From NCBI GenBank assembly GCA_031459855.1, contig JAVKHP010000001.1:1424429-1488428 (forward strand): a stretch of 64,000 nucleotides of DNA, given 5' to 3'. This document shows, piece after piece, positions 48,565-58,445 of the stretch. Source of the DNA: Candidatus Fervidifonticultor primus. GTDB lineage: Bacteria; Sysuimicrobiota; Sysuimicrobiia; Sysuimicrobiales; Humicultoraceae. Position 1 is the stretch's first letter. Every line of letters starts with the position of its first letter. Made by a program: the position numbers and the translations under genes. The notes under the pieces were generated by a model. The model worked only from the letters and a program-made list of their open reading frames with translations, ran no database searches and was not told the origin of the DNA.

Positions 48565-49575
48565 ATGCGGCAGACGATGTGGGTCGCAGCGGGTGTGGTG
48601 CTCGCCGCCGCGGCGCTGGCGGCCGCGACGGCAGCGGGGGGCGTGGCGGGGTTCCTGTGGGGCGCCCGCATGGGCGGCCTCGCGCGCTGGGACGCACCGG
48701 CGGAACGCTACCTGAGCGGCGAGGGGCCGGAGAAGATCGCGGTCGTGCGGGTCGTCGGGCCGATCTCGCGCGAGGGCCGGGGTGTCGCGCTGCTGGGCAC
48801 CGGGGCCTCCAGCCGCGCCCTCGTGGCGTTGCTGGAGCGTGCGCGGCGCGATCCGGCCATCCGGGCGGTGATCGTCGAGCTGGACACGCCGGGCGGCTCG
48901 GTGGTGGCCAGCGACGAACTCTACCAAGCCCTCGTCGCGCTGCGGCGTGCCGGCAAACCGGTCGTGGCCCTCCTGACCGAGGTGGCGGCCTCGGGTGGGT
49001 ACTACGTCGCCGCGGCCGCCGACCACATCGTCGCAGCGCCCACCACCGTCACGGGTAGCATCGGCGTGATCGTGGCGCTGGCCAACACCGAGGCGTTGAG
49101 CCGCAAGATCGGCGTCCGCACCATCGTGTTCAAGAGCGGTGCGTTCAAGGACCTGGGTAACCCCAACCGCCCGATGACGCCGGCCGAAGCCGCGATCGTG
49201 CAGCGCCTGGTCGACGAGGCCTACGCGCGGTTCGTCGAGGCGGTGGCCCGGGGCCGCAGGATGGATCCCGCGCGCGTGCGGCGGCTCGCCGACGGACGCA
49301 TCTACACCGGGCTGCAGGCGCAGCGGCTGGGCCTGGTCGACAGCCTGGGCCACCTGCCCGCAGCGGTGACGATCGCCATGCGGCGCGCAGGGCTCGCGCA
49401 GGCGACCGTGGTCGAGTACGGCGCCGGCGGCGGCCTGCTGCAGGCCCTGCTCGGCGCGCTCGGCCGCAGCCTGCCCGTGGGGTGGGACGCGGTCGACCCG
49501 GCACCGGTGCCCGAGGCCACGGGGGCGGCGCTGGCGGGCTGGGGACTCAGCGTCCAGTACCTGATGGTGCCCTGA
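48565..49575 (+). CDS. sppA: signal peptide peptidase SppA (S49 family, 36K type)
   Basis: ORF 48442..49575 trimmed to MRQTMWVAAGVVLAAAALAA (GGGAGGGA RBS); S49 ClpP/crotonase-like fold; catalytic Ser in SGGYYVAAAAD, Lys in AFKDLG region. Confidence 0.8.
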   Translation: MRQTMWVAAGVVLAAAALAAATAAGGVAGFLWGARMGGLARWDAPAERYLSGEGPEKIAVVRVVGPISREGRGVALLGTGASSRALVALLERARRDPAIRAVIVELDTPGGSVVASDELYQALVALRRAGKPVVALLTEVAASGGYYVAAAADHIVAAPTTVTGSIGVIVALANTEALSRKIGVRTIVFKSGAFKDLGNPNRPMTPAEAAIVQRLVDEAYARFVEAVARGRRMDPARVRRLADGRIYTGLQAQRLGLVDSLGHLPAAVTIAMRRAGLAQATVVEYGAGGGLLQALLGALGRSLPVGWDAVDPAPVPEATGAALAGWGLSVQYLMVP

Positions 49576-49581
49576 GGGCGC

Positions 49582-51243
49582 GTGGCCGTGACGACGCGGC
49601 TGGCGCTGGTGCTCTCGGGCGGCGTCTCGCTGGGCGCCTACCAGGCGGGCGCGGTCGCCGAGCTGCTCTGGGCCCTCGAACATCGCCTCGACGCGTCTGC
49701 ACCCGTCGTGCTCGACGTGGTCACGGGGGCGTCGGCGGGGGCGATGACCGCAGCGGTGCTGGCCCGCGCGCTGATGGTCGACCGCGCCGCGGCGGCCGAC
49801 CTGCACCGCGCCTGGGTCAGGGAGATCTCGTTCGCGCAGCTGACCGAGGGGCCGCCGGGTGCGAGCTTCTTCTCCGATCGGGCCATCTGGGCGCTGGCCC
49901 GGGCGATCCTGCTCCGCCACCCCGCGACGGCTGCGCGTCCCGCGGCGGGCCCCCACCCCGCGGCCCCCGCCACCCTGCGCGTGGCGTTCGCGCTCGCCAA
50001 CCTGAACGGTGTGCGCTACTCACTGGGGTACGCCAACACCCCGGGACGGTTCGACACCGCGCTCTTCGCCGACTGGATCACCTTCACGGTGCGGGCGGGC
50101 GTTCCCGCCGACTGGCAGGCGATCGCCCGGGCGGCGATCGCCTCCGGCGCGTTTCCGTTCGCATTCCCCACCGTCCGCCTCGAGCGGCGCCTGGCCGACT
50201 ACCGGCACGCGGACATCTACGCGCCGGACGGCATGCGGGCCTTCACCTACGCCGACGGCGGGCTGTTCAACAACGAGCCGGTGGGGCTGGCCCGCGACCT
50301 CGTCGAGGCGGTGGAAGACGAGGAGCCGGCAGCGGCGGCCGACCGCAGGGTCTACCTCCTCGTCGACCCGTTCCCCGGTGCGGCGGCGGTGGCACCGGAC
50401 CTGGGCGAGGCGCCGCTGTCTGCGCGCGTGCTGGCCGATCGACTCCTCAACGCGGTGCTGGGCGAGGCGTCCAAGCGCGACTGGATCCGCGCCAGCCGCA
50501 TCAACACGCGGCTGCGCTGGCAGGACCGCCTGCTCGACTGCCTGGCGGCCGTGGTCGCCGACGCCCCGGCACCGTCGCGCGCGGCGGCCGCAGCGCGGGC
50601 CGCGGACCTGGTGGCGGAGATCGCAACGTTCAAGGGCACCCGCGCGGCCGGCGAGACCGTCCCGCCCGAGGAGGCACGCCGCCGCCACCTCGACGAGAAC
50701 CTGCGCCGCCTGGGCCCGCTGCTGGCCCGCGACGACGCGCTCTACGCGCGGGTGCGCGACGATCCCGCGGCGGCCGCGCTCTTCCTCGACCTGGCCTACG
50801 CGCTCGAGAACGTCGCGGGGCTGCGCAACAAAGTCGACCTGGACCTGCACCTCATCGCGCCGGCGCCCGGCACGCTGGCCGGCGACTTCCTGGGCAACTT
50901 CGGCGGCTTCTTCGACGAGGCATGGCGCGAGCACGACTACCGCCGCGGACGCGCCGACGCCCGGCAGGTGCTGGAGGCGCTGGCACAGACGGTGCCCGCG
51001 CTGGCCTACGTCCCGGATGCCGCGGAAGCCTACCGCCCCGCGCGCGACCTAAGCGCGGTGGGCGGCCCCGACGTGCCACCTGCGGCCGCCGCGCACCTGG
51101 CGGCGCGGCTCGCCGCACACCTCGCCTGCGCCCTTGTCCCCTCCGCGCGGCCGCGCCTGTGGCGCGCGCTGGCGACGCTGGGCGCCCGCATCGCGGCCCG
51201 GCGCATCGTGGCGGGGCTGCTGCGCCGTCCCGCCGGCAGCTAG
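49582..51243 (+). CDS. patatin-like phospholipase family protein with long C-terminal extension
   Basis: N-terminal oxyanion motif LVLSGGVSLGAYQAG and GASAG serine lipase motif, DGG catalytic Asp motif (YADGGLFNNEP); about 250-aa C-terminal domain of unknown function. Confidence 0.8.
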   Translation: MAVTTRLALVLSGGVSLGAYQAGAVAELLWALEHRLDASAPVVLDVVTGASAGAMTAAVLARALMVDRAAAADLHRAWVREISFAQLTEGPPGASFFSDRAIWALARAILLRHPATAARPAAGPHPAAPATLRVAFALANLNGVRYSLGYANTPGRFDTALFADWITFTVRAGVPADWQAIARAAIASGAFPFAFPTVRLERRLADYRHADIYAPDGMRAFTYADGGLFNNEPVGLARDLVEAVEDEEPAAAADRRVYLLVDPFPGAAAVAPDLGEAPLSARVLADRLLNAVLGEASKRDWIRASRINTRLRWQDRLLDCLAAVVADAPAPSRAAAAARAADLVAEIATFKGTRAAGETVPPEEARRRHLDENLRRLGPLLARDDALYARVRDDPAAAALFLDLAYALENVAGLRNKVDLDLHLIAPAPGTLAGDFLGNFGGFFDEAWREHDYRRGRADARQVLEALAQTVPALAYVPDAAEAYRPARDLSAVGGPDVPPAAAAHLAARLAAHLACALVPSARPRLWRALATLGARIAARRIVAGLLRRPAGS

Positions 51244-51404
51244 TCGCTTCGAGACACCTGCGGCCGCCCCAGCGCGCGTCGGGGCGCATGCGCGTCGGGG
51301 CACATGCGCATCGGGGCTCCACATCGGGACGCACGCTCGTCAGGGAGCCGGGGGCCCCGCGTCGCACCGCCGGCTTCGGGCAGGGGATCGGGCCGGTGCT
51401 GCCG

Positions 51405-51450
51405 AACGCCTATATGCACGTTTGCGCGTTCATGAACATTTGTTCACTTT
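51405..51450 (+). promoter_or_regulatory. AT-rich patch with overlapping palindromes TTCATGAA and TGAACAtttGTTCA, 9 nt upstream of start codon
   Basis: ctatatgcacgtttgcgcgTTCATGAACATTTGTTCActttgccgATG; conspicuous AT-rich island in high-GC context; candidate operator for the downstream SorC-family regulator. Confidence 0.5.
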
Positions 51451-51454
51451 GCCG

Positions 51455-52798
51455 ATGGGACTGCTGACGCGCCTGCAGGCGCGCGCGCGCGAGGGACGGC
51501 CGATCCGCGTGGCGGTGGTCGGCGCGGGCCAGATGGGCGCGAGCCTGTGCCGGCGGTTGGGACGCCTGCCCGGGTTCGTCCTGGTGGGTGCCTGCGACGT
51601 GGTGCCCGACCGCGCGGCGGCGGCGCTGGCGCACGCCGGCGTCCCCGTCGGGTCTGCCGGGGACGACGGTGAGGCCACGCGCCTCGCGCACGCAGGGCGC
51701 GCGGTGGCCACCACGCGCGCCGATGTGCTCCTCGACCTGCCCGAGGTCGACGTGGTCGTAGACGCCACGGGCGACCCCGACGCCGGTGGGCGGCTGGCGC
51801 TGGCGGCGCTGGCGCGGCGGCGTGCCGTGGTCACCCTCAACGTCGAGGCCGAGGCCACGGTGGGGCCGCTCCTGGCGTGGCAGGCGCGCGCTGCCGGCGT
51901 GGTCTACACGCTGGCCGCCGGCGACGAGCCCGCGGTCCTGGCCGAGCTGGTCGAGTTCGCGCGGGTGGTGGGGCTCGACGTGGTCTGTGCGGGGAAGGGC
52001 AAGAACAACCGCCTCGACCGTACCGCCACCGCGGCGTCGGTGGCGCTGGAGGCCGCGCAGCGGGGCATGAGCCCGCGCATGCTGGCCGCCTTCGTGGACG
52101 GCACCAAGACCATGGCGGAGCTCACGGTCCTGGCCAACGCCACCGGCCTCGTCCCCGACCGCCCTGGCCTCCACGGTCCGCGGGCAGACCTGGCCGACCT
52201 GCTGCGCGTGTTCGTGCCCGTCGCCGACGGCGGCCTCCTGCAGCGCAGCGGTGTGGTCGACTTCGCCGTGGGCGACGTGGCGCCCGGGGTCTTCGTGGTG
52301 GGCCGGACGGACGATGCTGCGTTGCGGCGGGACCTCGCCTACCTCCGGATGGGTGCGGGGCCCTACTACCTGCTCTACCGTCCGTACCACCTGGCCAGCC
52401 TGGAGGCGCCGGTGACGATCGCGCGCGCCGTGCTCGACGGCGAGGTGACCATGGCGGCATCCGGCGCCCCCGTGGCCGAGTGCGTCGCGGCCGCCAAGCG
52501 CGACCTCCACCCGGGCGACGTGCTCGACGGCATCGGCGGGGATGCGGTCTACGGCGTGACCCTGGCGGCCGACGAGGCGCGGGCGCGCGAGGCCGTGCCG
52601 GTGGGGGTGACCACCGGGGCGCGCGTGCGCCGCCCGGTGGCCCGCGACGCGCTGCTGACGGCGGCCGACGTTGAGCTCGACGAGTCCCTGGCCGTGGTGC
52701 ACCTGCGGCGGCTGCAGGACGTCCTGGTGCGCGACGGCACGCTGCCGCCGCTGGCCGCAGACGCCGGGCGCCTGCCCGCGCGGGCGGGATCGGCATGA
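51455..52798 (+). CDS. NAD(P)-binding oxidoreductase with C-terminal SAF domain (COG4091, 'predicted homoserine dehydrogenase'-like)
   Basis: ORF 51134..52798 trimmed to MGLLTRLQARAREGRPIRVAVVGAGQMGASL (Rossmann); SAF-like C-terminal region. Confidence 0.65.
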   Translation: MGLLTRLQARAREGRPIRVAVVGAGQMGASLCRRLGRLPGFVLVGACDVVPDRAAAALAHAGVPVGSAGDDGEATRLAHAGRAVATTRADVLLDLPEVDVVVDATGDPDAGGRLALAALARRRAVVTLNVEAEATVGPLLAWQARAAGVVYTLAAGDEPAVLAELVEFARVVGLDVVCAGKGKNNRLDRTATAASVALEAAQRGMSPRMLAAFVDGTKTMAELTVLANATGLVPDRPGLHGPRADLADLLRVFVPVADGGLLQRSGVVDFAVGDVAPGVFVVGRTDDAALRRDLAYLRMGAGPYYLLYRPYHLASLEAPVTIARAVLDGEVTMAASGAPVAECVAAAKRDLHPGDVLDGIGGDAVYGVTLAADEARAREAVPVGVTTGARVRRPVARDALLTAADVELDESLAVVHLRRLQDVLVRDGTLPPLAADAGRLPARAGSA

Positions 52799-52862
52799 CG
52801 CACCGCACCCCGGCGCCTCGCGTCCCGGCTCTGCCACATCGGGGCTGGCGGGTGCACGCGTC

Positions 52863-53915
52863 ATGAGCCGCGGCGAGACGGGCGCGGGCGAGACGCGCGC
52901 GATGGAGGGCCGGACACAGGCCGCGCGCGCGGGGGCGCGCGCCGCCGCGCTGCTGGCCAAGGTGGCCGACCTGTACTACCTGCGCGACCTCACGCAGCAG
53001 GAGATCGCCGCACGCCTGGGGCTGTCGCGGCCCACGGTCTCGCGCCTGCTGCGGCGCGCCCGCGAGGTGGGCGTCGTGCGCATCGAGATCGCGGCCCCGC
53101 CCGGGACGCACCACGAGCTCGAGCGCGCCCTGGAGGACCGCTTCGGCCTGCGCGAGGCCATCGTGGTCACCGGCGACGCCGGCGATCCCGAGGCGACGCG
53201 GCGCGCGCTGGGCCGCGCCGGCGCCCGCTACCTCGAACGCGCGCTGCAGGGCGGTGCGCGCGTGGGCATCTCGTGGGGGACCACGCTGCGGGCGGTGGTG
53301 GACCACCTGCGGCCCCGGCCATTGCGGCCGGTGGTCGTGCCGCTGGTGGGCGGCGTCGGGCAGGTGGCACCCGGCATCCACGCCAACGACCTGGCCGCCG
53401 GCCTGGCCGCTGCGTTCGCGGGCCAGGCCCACCTGCTCCACGCGCCGGCCATCGTCGCAGCGCCCGCGCTGGCGCGCGCCCTGCTGGCCGACGTCGGCAT
53501 CCGACGGGTGCTGGCGCAGGCGCGGACGGTGGACGTGGCGGTGGTGGGGATCGGCGCGCTCGTGCCGTCGTCCACGCTGGTGCGCAGCGGCTACTTCTCG
53601 GCGGCCGACCTGGCGCAGCTGCGGCGGCGGGGCGCCGTGGGCGACATCTGCACGCGGGCCTACACCGCGACGGGCGCACCCGTCGACGGCGCCCTCGACC
53701 GGCGCATCCTGGCGGTGACCCTCGACGACCTCCGGCGCATCCGCACCGTGGTGGCGGTGGCCGGCGGGGCAGAGAAGGCGGCGGCGATCGCCGGGGCGCT
53801 GCGGGGCGGCCTGGTGGACGTGCTCGTCACCGACCACGTGGCGGCCGCCGCCGTGCTGGACGCTGCCCGCACCGCGACGGTGGCCTCCGCAGCGCGCGCG
53901 GAGGGCGTACGGTGA
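52863..53915 (+). CDS. SorC/DeoR-family sugar-binding transcriptional regulator
   Basis: ORF 52671..53915 trimmed to MSRGETGAG...; N-terminal HTH ([24 protein letters not shown]) plus SorC sugar-phosphate-binding domain. Confidence 0.8.
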   Translation: MSRGETGAGETRAMEGRTQAARAGARAAALLAKVADLYYLRDLTQQEIAARLGLSRPTVSRLLRRAREVGVVRIEIAAPPGTHHELERALEDRFGLREAIVVTGDAGDPEATRRALGRAGARYLERALQGGARVGISWGTTLRAVVDHLRPRPLRPVVVPLVGGVGQVAPGIHANDLAAGLAAAFAGQAHLLHAPAIVAAPALARALLADVGIRRVLAQARTVDVAVVGIGALVPSSTLVRSGYFSAADLAQLRRRGAVGDICTRAYTATGAPVDGALDRRILAVTLDDLRRIRTVVAVAGGAEKAAAIAGALRGGLVDVLVTDHVAAAAVLDAARTATVASAARAEGVR

Positions 53916-55048
53916 AGGCGCTGGCCCTGCCCACCGATCGGCTCGTCGGGCTCCTGCGCACCATGCTGCTCATTCGGGCGTTCGAGGAGCGGGCGGAGGT
54001 GCTCTTCACCCAGGGGCGCGTCCACGGCACGATGCACCTGAGCATCGGGCAGGAGGCGGTCGCCGCGGGCGTCTGCGCGGCGCTGCGGCCCGACGACTAC
54101 ATCCTCAGCACCCACCGGGGCCACGGCCACTGCCTGGCCAAGGGCGCCGACGTGCGCGCCATGATGGCCGAGTTCCTCGGGAAGGCCACGGGGCTGTGCC
54201 GCGGCCGGGGCGGCAGCATGCACATCGCCGACGTCGAGGGCGGCAACCTGGGCGCCAACGGCATCGTGGCCGGCGGCCTCCCGATTGCCACCGGGGTGGG
54301 GCTATCGATCCAGCTGCGGCGCAGCGGCCAGGTGTGCGTGGCGTTCTTCGGCGACGGCGCCGCCAACGAGGGCGCGTTCCACGAGGCGCTGAACCTGGCC
54401 TCCATCTGGCGGCTGCCGGTGGTGTTCGTCTGCGAGAACAACCAGTACGCCATGTCCATGCCCGTGGCGCGCAGCATGAACGTCGAGCGCATCAGCCAGC
54501 GCGCCTGCGCCTACGGCATCCCCGGGGAGACCATCGACGGCATGGACGTCCTGGCGGTCTACACCGCGGCGGCTGCCGCCGTGGCTCGGGCGCGCGCCGG
54601 CGAGGGCCCGACGCTGCTGGAGTGCGTCACCTACCGCTACCGGGGCCACAGCAAGAGCGACCTCCAGCGCTATCGCACCCGCGACGAGGTCGACGCCTGG
54701 CGGCAGCGCGACCCCATCGTGCGCTTCCGGCAGTGGCTGGTGGCCGAAGGCCTGCTGACCGACGACGCGGCGGCGCGGCTCGAGGCCGAGGCGCGTGCGA
54801 TCATCGACGACGCGCTGCGGTTCGCCGAGGCCAGCCCCGAGCCCGATCCGGCGACGCTGCTCGACGACGTCTACGCAGACGACGGCCCGACCGCTGCCGC
54901 CCCTGACCCGGCCGCTGGCGATCCCGATGCTCATGCGCGCCGCCCCCGCGACGGCCAGGGTCCGCCTCGGGTGCCGGATGCCGATTCTGCGGGCGCCGAC
55001 GCGCCCCACCGCGGGTCGGGGCACGCTCCGGAGGCCGGCGCGCTGTGA
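53912..55048 (+). CDS. TPP-dependent dehydrogenase E1 component alpha subunit (AcoA/PdhA-like)
   Basis: ORF 53273..55048 trimmed to GTG start ([26 protein letters not shown]); GTGA overlap with regulator stop; TPP motif GDGAANEG...NN; Asp/Pro/Ala-rich C-terminal tail. Confidence 0.85.
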   Translation: MKALALPTDRLVGLLRTMLLIRAFEERAEVLFTQGRVHGTMHLSIGQEAVAAGVCAALRPDDYILSTHRGHGHCLAKGADVRAMMAEFLGKATGLCRGRGGSMHIADVEGGNLGANGIVAGGLPIATGVGLSIQLRRSGQVCVAFFGDGAANEGAFHEALNLASIWRLPVVFVCENNQYAMSMPVARSMNVERISQRACAYGIPGETIDGMDVLAVYTAAAAAVARARAGEGPTLLECVTYRYRGHSKSDLQRYRTRDEVDAWRQRDPIVRFRQWLVAEGLLTDDAAARLEAEARAIIDDALRFAEASPEPDPATLLDDVYADDGPTAAAPDPAAGDPDAHARRPRDGQGPPRVPDADSAGADAPHRGSGHAPEAGAL

Positions 55049-56037
55049 TGACGGCCACGCGTGAGCTCACCTACCGCGAGGCGCTGCGCGAGGCCCTGCG
55101 CGCGGAGATGCGCCGTGACCCGCGGGTCGTGCTGCTGGGCGAGGACATCGGCGTCTACGGCGGCGCGTTCGCGGTCACCGACGGCCTGCTGGCCGAGTTC
55201 GGCCCCGAGCGGGTGCGCGACACGCCCATCTCGGAGGCCGCCATCACCGGGTGCGCCATCGGCGCGGCCCTCACGGGCCTGCGGCCCGTGCTGGAGATCC
55301 AGTTCATGGACTTCATCACGCTGGCCATGGAGCAGCTGGTGCTGCAGGCCGCGAAGATCCGCTACATGTTCGGTGGCAAGGCGCGTGTGCCCATGGTGGT
55401 CCGCACGCCTGCGGGCTCGGGCACCGGCGCCGCCGCCCAGCACTCCGAGAGCCTGGAGGCGTGGTTCGCGCACGTGCCCGGGTTGAAGGTGGTGGCGCCG
55501 GCCACGCCGGCCGACGCGGCCGGGCTGCTGCTGGCGAGCATCCGTGACGACAACCCGGTGGTGTTCGTGGAGCACAAGCTGCTCTACAAGGAGCGCGGCC
55601 CCGTGCCCGAGCCGCTGACCCCGGTACCGCTGGGCCAGGCCGCGGTGGTGCGCCCGGGCAGCGACGTCACCGTGATCGCCACGTCGGTGATGGTCGGGCG
55701 CGCCCTGGCCGCCGCCGCCCGGCTGGCGCAGGAGGGCATCAGCGTCGAGGTGGTCGATCCCCGCACCCTGCGGCCGCTCGACGTGCCCACGCTGGAGGCC
55801 TCGGCGCGCAAGACCGGGCGCGTGGTCATCGTCTACGAGGCCACCAAGACCCTGGGCATCGGCGCCGAGATCGCCGCGCGGCTGGCCGAGACGGAGACGT
55901 TCTACTACCTCGACGCGCCCATCGTGCGCCTGGGCGGACAGGAGTGCCCGCTGCCGTACAACCGCACCCTCGAGCGCGCCGCGGTGCCGCAAGAGGAGGA
56001 CATCGTCGCCGCCGTCCGGCAGGTGCTGGGCGGCTAG
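55045..56037 (+). CDS. TPP-dependent dehydrogenase E1 component beta subunit (AcoB/PdhB-like)
   Basis: 330 aa; transketolase-like Pyr and C-terminal domains; ATGA overlap with alpha stop. Confidence 0.85.
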   Translation: MMTATRELTYREALREALRAEMRRDPRVVLLGEDIGVYGGAFAVTDGLLAEFGPERVRDTPISEAAITGCAIGAALTGLRPVLEIQFMDFITLAMEQLVLQAAKIRYMFGGKARVPMVVRTPAGSGTGAAAQHSESLEAWFAHVPGLKVVAPATPADAAGLLLASIRDDNPVVFVEHKLLYKERGPVPEPLTPVPLGQAAVVRPGSDVTVIATSVMVGRALAAAARLAQEGISVEVVDPRTLRPLDVPTLEASARKTGRVVIVYEATKTLGIGAEIAARLAETETFYYLDAPIVRLGGQECPLPYNRTLERAAVPQEEDIVAAVRQVLGG

Positions 56038-56073
56038 GGGCGGAAGCAGGTCTGGGTCCACGCGGAGGACACC

Positions 56074-57270
56074 GTGCCGACCGTCGAGGAACGCTACGAG
56101 GTCGAACTCTACTGCGGGCGCTGCCGGCGGGCCACGGCGCACCTGGTGGCGCCCGGGGCCGGCGGGCTGTCGCGCGTGCTGTGCGCGGTCTGCGGCCGCG
56201 CCGTGGCCGTCGACACCCTGCACTTCATGGAGCAGTACGTCAACAGCGTGGCGCGTCGCCTGCTGGCCAAGCCCTTCGAGATCACCACCGAGTTCCGGCG
56301 GAGCCCGCGGGAGTTCATCACCACGCTGCCCGGGCGCGTCTTCACCAAGCCCTTCCGCGTGGCGGCCGAACTGCGGGCGACCATGGACATCGTGCGCCCG
56401 CGGCCCCGGCCGCGGCGCCGCCACCGGCCGGTGCTGGCCGCCGCGCCGGGCGAGTTGCCGCCGGTGCAGCGCCACTGCCAGGTGCTGCTGAGCGCGCCGC
56501 TGCTGTGGGCGCACGACCCCGCCGACGTGCTGGATGCCGCCGTGGAGTTCGGCTACGACGGCGTCGAGCTGTGGGCCTACCACCTGGTGCGCGACGGCGC
56601 CGACCCCGCGGCGCTCGGGGAGGCCGCGCGCCGGCGGGGCCTCGTGGTGGTCCTGCACGCGCTCAGCTGGGACCTGAACGTCACCTCGACGCTGGAGGGC
56701 ATCCGCCGGGCGTCGCTGGAGGCGCTGCAGACGTCGCTCGCCATGGCGGTGGCCCTGGGCGCCCGGCTCGTGGTGATGCACCCCGGGCGCACCACGGCGC
56801 CGCACGACGACGCCGAGGCCTACTGGCCCGGGCTGGTGGCGGCGGTCCGCACGCTGGCCGACGAGGCGGCGGCCAGGGGCCTGGTGGTGGGCGTCGAGCA
56901 CATGGAGCCGCGCCAGGGCGAGTTCGTCGTAACGCCCGCTGACGCCAACCGGCTGGTGCGCGAGGTCGACCGCGCCAACGTCGGCACCGTGGTCGACGTC
57001 GCGCACATCCCATGGGGCGAGGACGAGGTGGCGTTCATCGCGCAGCTCGAGCGGGTGGTCCACGTCCACCTCAGCGACGCCGACGAGGCGCGTCTGCACC
57101 TCCCCCTGGGCCAGGGCGGCCGCGACCTCGCGCGCATCCTGGCGGGGCTGCGCGACTACCGGGCGGCCATCGCCCTGGAGGGCTTCTCGCTGGGCGCCGG
57201 GCGCGACCTGGCCCGCTGGAACAAGGCGCGCTTCGAGGAGCTCTGGCGCGAGGCCGTGGTGCCGACCTGA
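56074..57270 (+). CDS. fusion protein: N-terminal C4 zinc-ribbon-like domain + xylose-isomerase-like TIM-barrel (sugar phosphate isomerase/epimerase family)
   Basis: CGRC...x19...CAVC pairs near N-terminus; about 100-aa Arg/Pro linker; C-terminal AP-endonuclease-2/xylose-isomerase-like barrel. Confidence 0.7.
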   Translation: MPTVEERYEVELYCGRCRRATAHLVAPGAGGLSRVLCAVCGRAVAVDTLHFMEQYVNSVARRLLAKPFEITTEFRRSPREFITTLPGRVFTKPFRVAAELRATMDIVRPRPRPRRRHRPVLAAAPGELPPVQRHCQVLLSAPLLWAHDPADVLDAAVEFGYDGVELWAYHLVRDGADPAALGEAARRRGLVVVLHALSWDLNVTSTLEGIRRASLEALQTSLAMAVALGARLVVMHPGRTTAPHDDAEAYWPGLVAAVRTLADEAAARGLVVGVEHMEPRQGEFVVTPADANRLVREVDRANVGTVVDVAHIPWGEDEVAFIAQLERVVHVHLSDADEARLHLPLGQGGRDLARILAGLRDYRAAIALEGFSLGAGRDLARWNKARFEELWREAVVPT

Positions 57271-57438
57271 CCGACGCGCCCCCGCGGGCCCACGGCGCGG
57301 GTGATGGTGCGGGCGGCGGCGCGACGGGTAACGAGTGTCGAGATCCCAAAGCGTCGACGGGGTGGCCGGGCGCCGGTGCCCTCGGCACGCGCGACGGCGT
57401 AACGCCCGTCGAGATCACGTGGTGGAGGAGGGTAGCGT

Positions 57439-58440
57439 ATGATGCGTGGCGTGCTGGTCGCGATCCTGATCGCCCTGCTGGCGGCGGGCGGCCCGGGGGC
57501 CGCGGGCGCCGGGCCTGCAGTCAGCGGGACGTTCACGCTCTATACGTCAGAGTCCGAGGACGACATCAACCTGCTGGTGGGCGACTTCAAGCGACGCCAT
57601 CCGGGCGTCGACGTGAAGATCTTCCGGGCCGGCTCGGGGCCGGTGGTCGCCAAGCTGCAGGCCGAGCTCCAGGGCGGCCGCATCCAGGCCGACGTCATCT
57701 GGTTCGCCGACATCGCCTTCTTCCAGGACCTGGCCCGGCGCGACCTGCTGCTGGCCTACGCCCCGCCCACCGGCCGACGGGCCGACCCCAAGCTGCACTA
57801 CGACGGCAACCGCTACCACGAGGTGCGCCTGATCTTCAACGTGGTGGCGTTCAACACCAACCACGTCCGGTTCCGGCCGACGTCGTGGTGGGACCTGACG
57901 CTGCCGCGCTACCGGGGCCGCGCGGGCATGCCCAACCCGTTCGTCTCGGGCGCCGCCTTCGCCCACGTCGGCACCTTCGCCAGCATGCGGGAGTTCGGGT
58001 GGGACTACTACCGCAAGCTGAAGGAGAACGACGCCAGGATCCTCCGCGCGAACGGCGACGTGCTGCGGGCGCTGGCCGCCGGCGAGATCAGCATCGCCCA
58101 GATCGTCGACTTCTTCGTGCGCGCGGCCAAGGCCCAGGGCTCGCCGGTGGACCACATCTGGCCCCAGGAGGGCGCCGTGCTGGTGCCCACGCCGATCGCC
58201 ATCATCAAGGGGACGCCCAACGAGGCCGCCGCCAAGGCGTTCCTCGACTACCTGTACACGCCCGAGGCCCAGCGCCTGTTCGTGCAGCGGGCGTACGTGC
58301 CGGTGATCCCGGGCATCCCGCTGCCGCAGGGGGCGCCCGATCCGTCCGACCTGAAGCTCATCCAGACCAACCTGGGCTACATCGACAGGCACCGCGAGGA
58401 GATCAAGCGGACCTTCTCGGAGCTGTTCGGCATCCAGTGA
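57439..58440 (+). CDS. ABC transporter substrate-binding protein, Fe3+/thiamine/2-aminoethylphosphonate-type (cluster D, AfuA/FbpA-like)
   Basis: Signal peptide MMRGVLVAILIALLAAGGPGAAGA; FbpA/PhnS-like fold sequence. Confidence 0.8.
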   Translation: MMRGVLVAILIALLAAGGPGAAGAGPAVSGTFTLYTSESEDDINLLVGDFKRRHPGVDVKIFRAGSGPVVAKLQAELQGGRIQADVIWFADIAFFQDLARRDLLLAYAPPTGRRADPKLHYDGNRYHEVRLIFNVVAFNTNHVRFRPTSWWDLTLPRYRGRAGMPNPFVSGAAFAHVGTFASMREFGWDYYRKLKENDARILRANGDVLRALAAGEISIAQIVDFFVRAAKAQGSPVDHIWPQEGAVLVPTPIAIIKGTPNEAAAKAFLDYLYTPEAQRLFVQRAYVPVIPGIPLPQGAPDPSDLKLIQTNLGYIDRHREEIKRTFSELFGIQ

Positions 58441-58445
58441 CGGCC

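Noticed and set aside
49582-51243. Patatin-like protein as CBASS/defence effector
   Set aside because: No cyclase, SAVED/TIR or other signalling partner nearby; linked instead to SppA and a membrane protein
57271-57438. TPP (THI-box) riboswitch upstream of the thiamine/Fe3+-family SBP
   Set aside because: Conserved CUGAGA and downstream ACCUGAUCUGGAUAAUGCCAGCG-like elements are absent; only loose GGGGTGCC-like similarity
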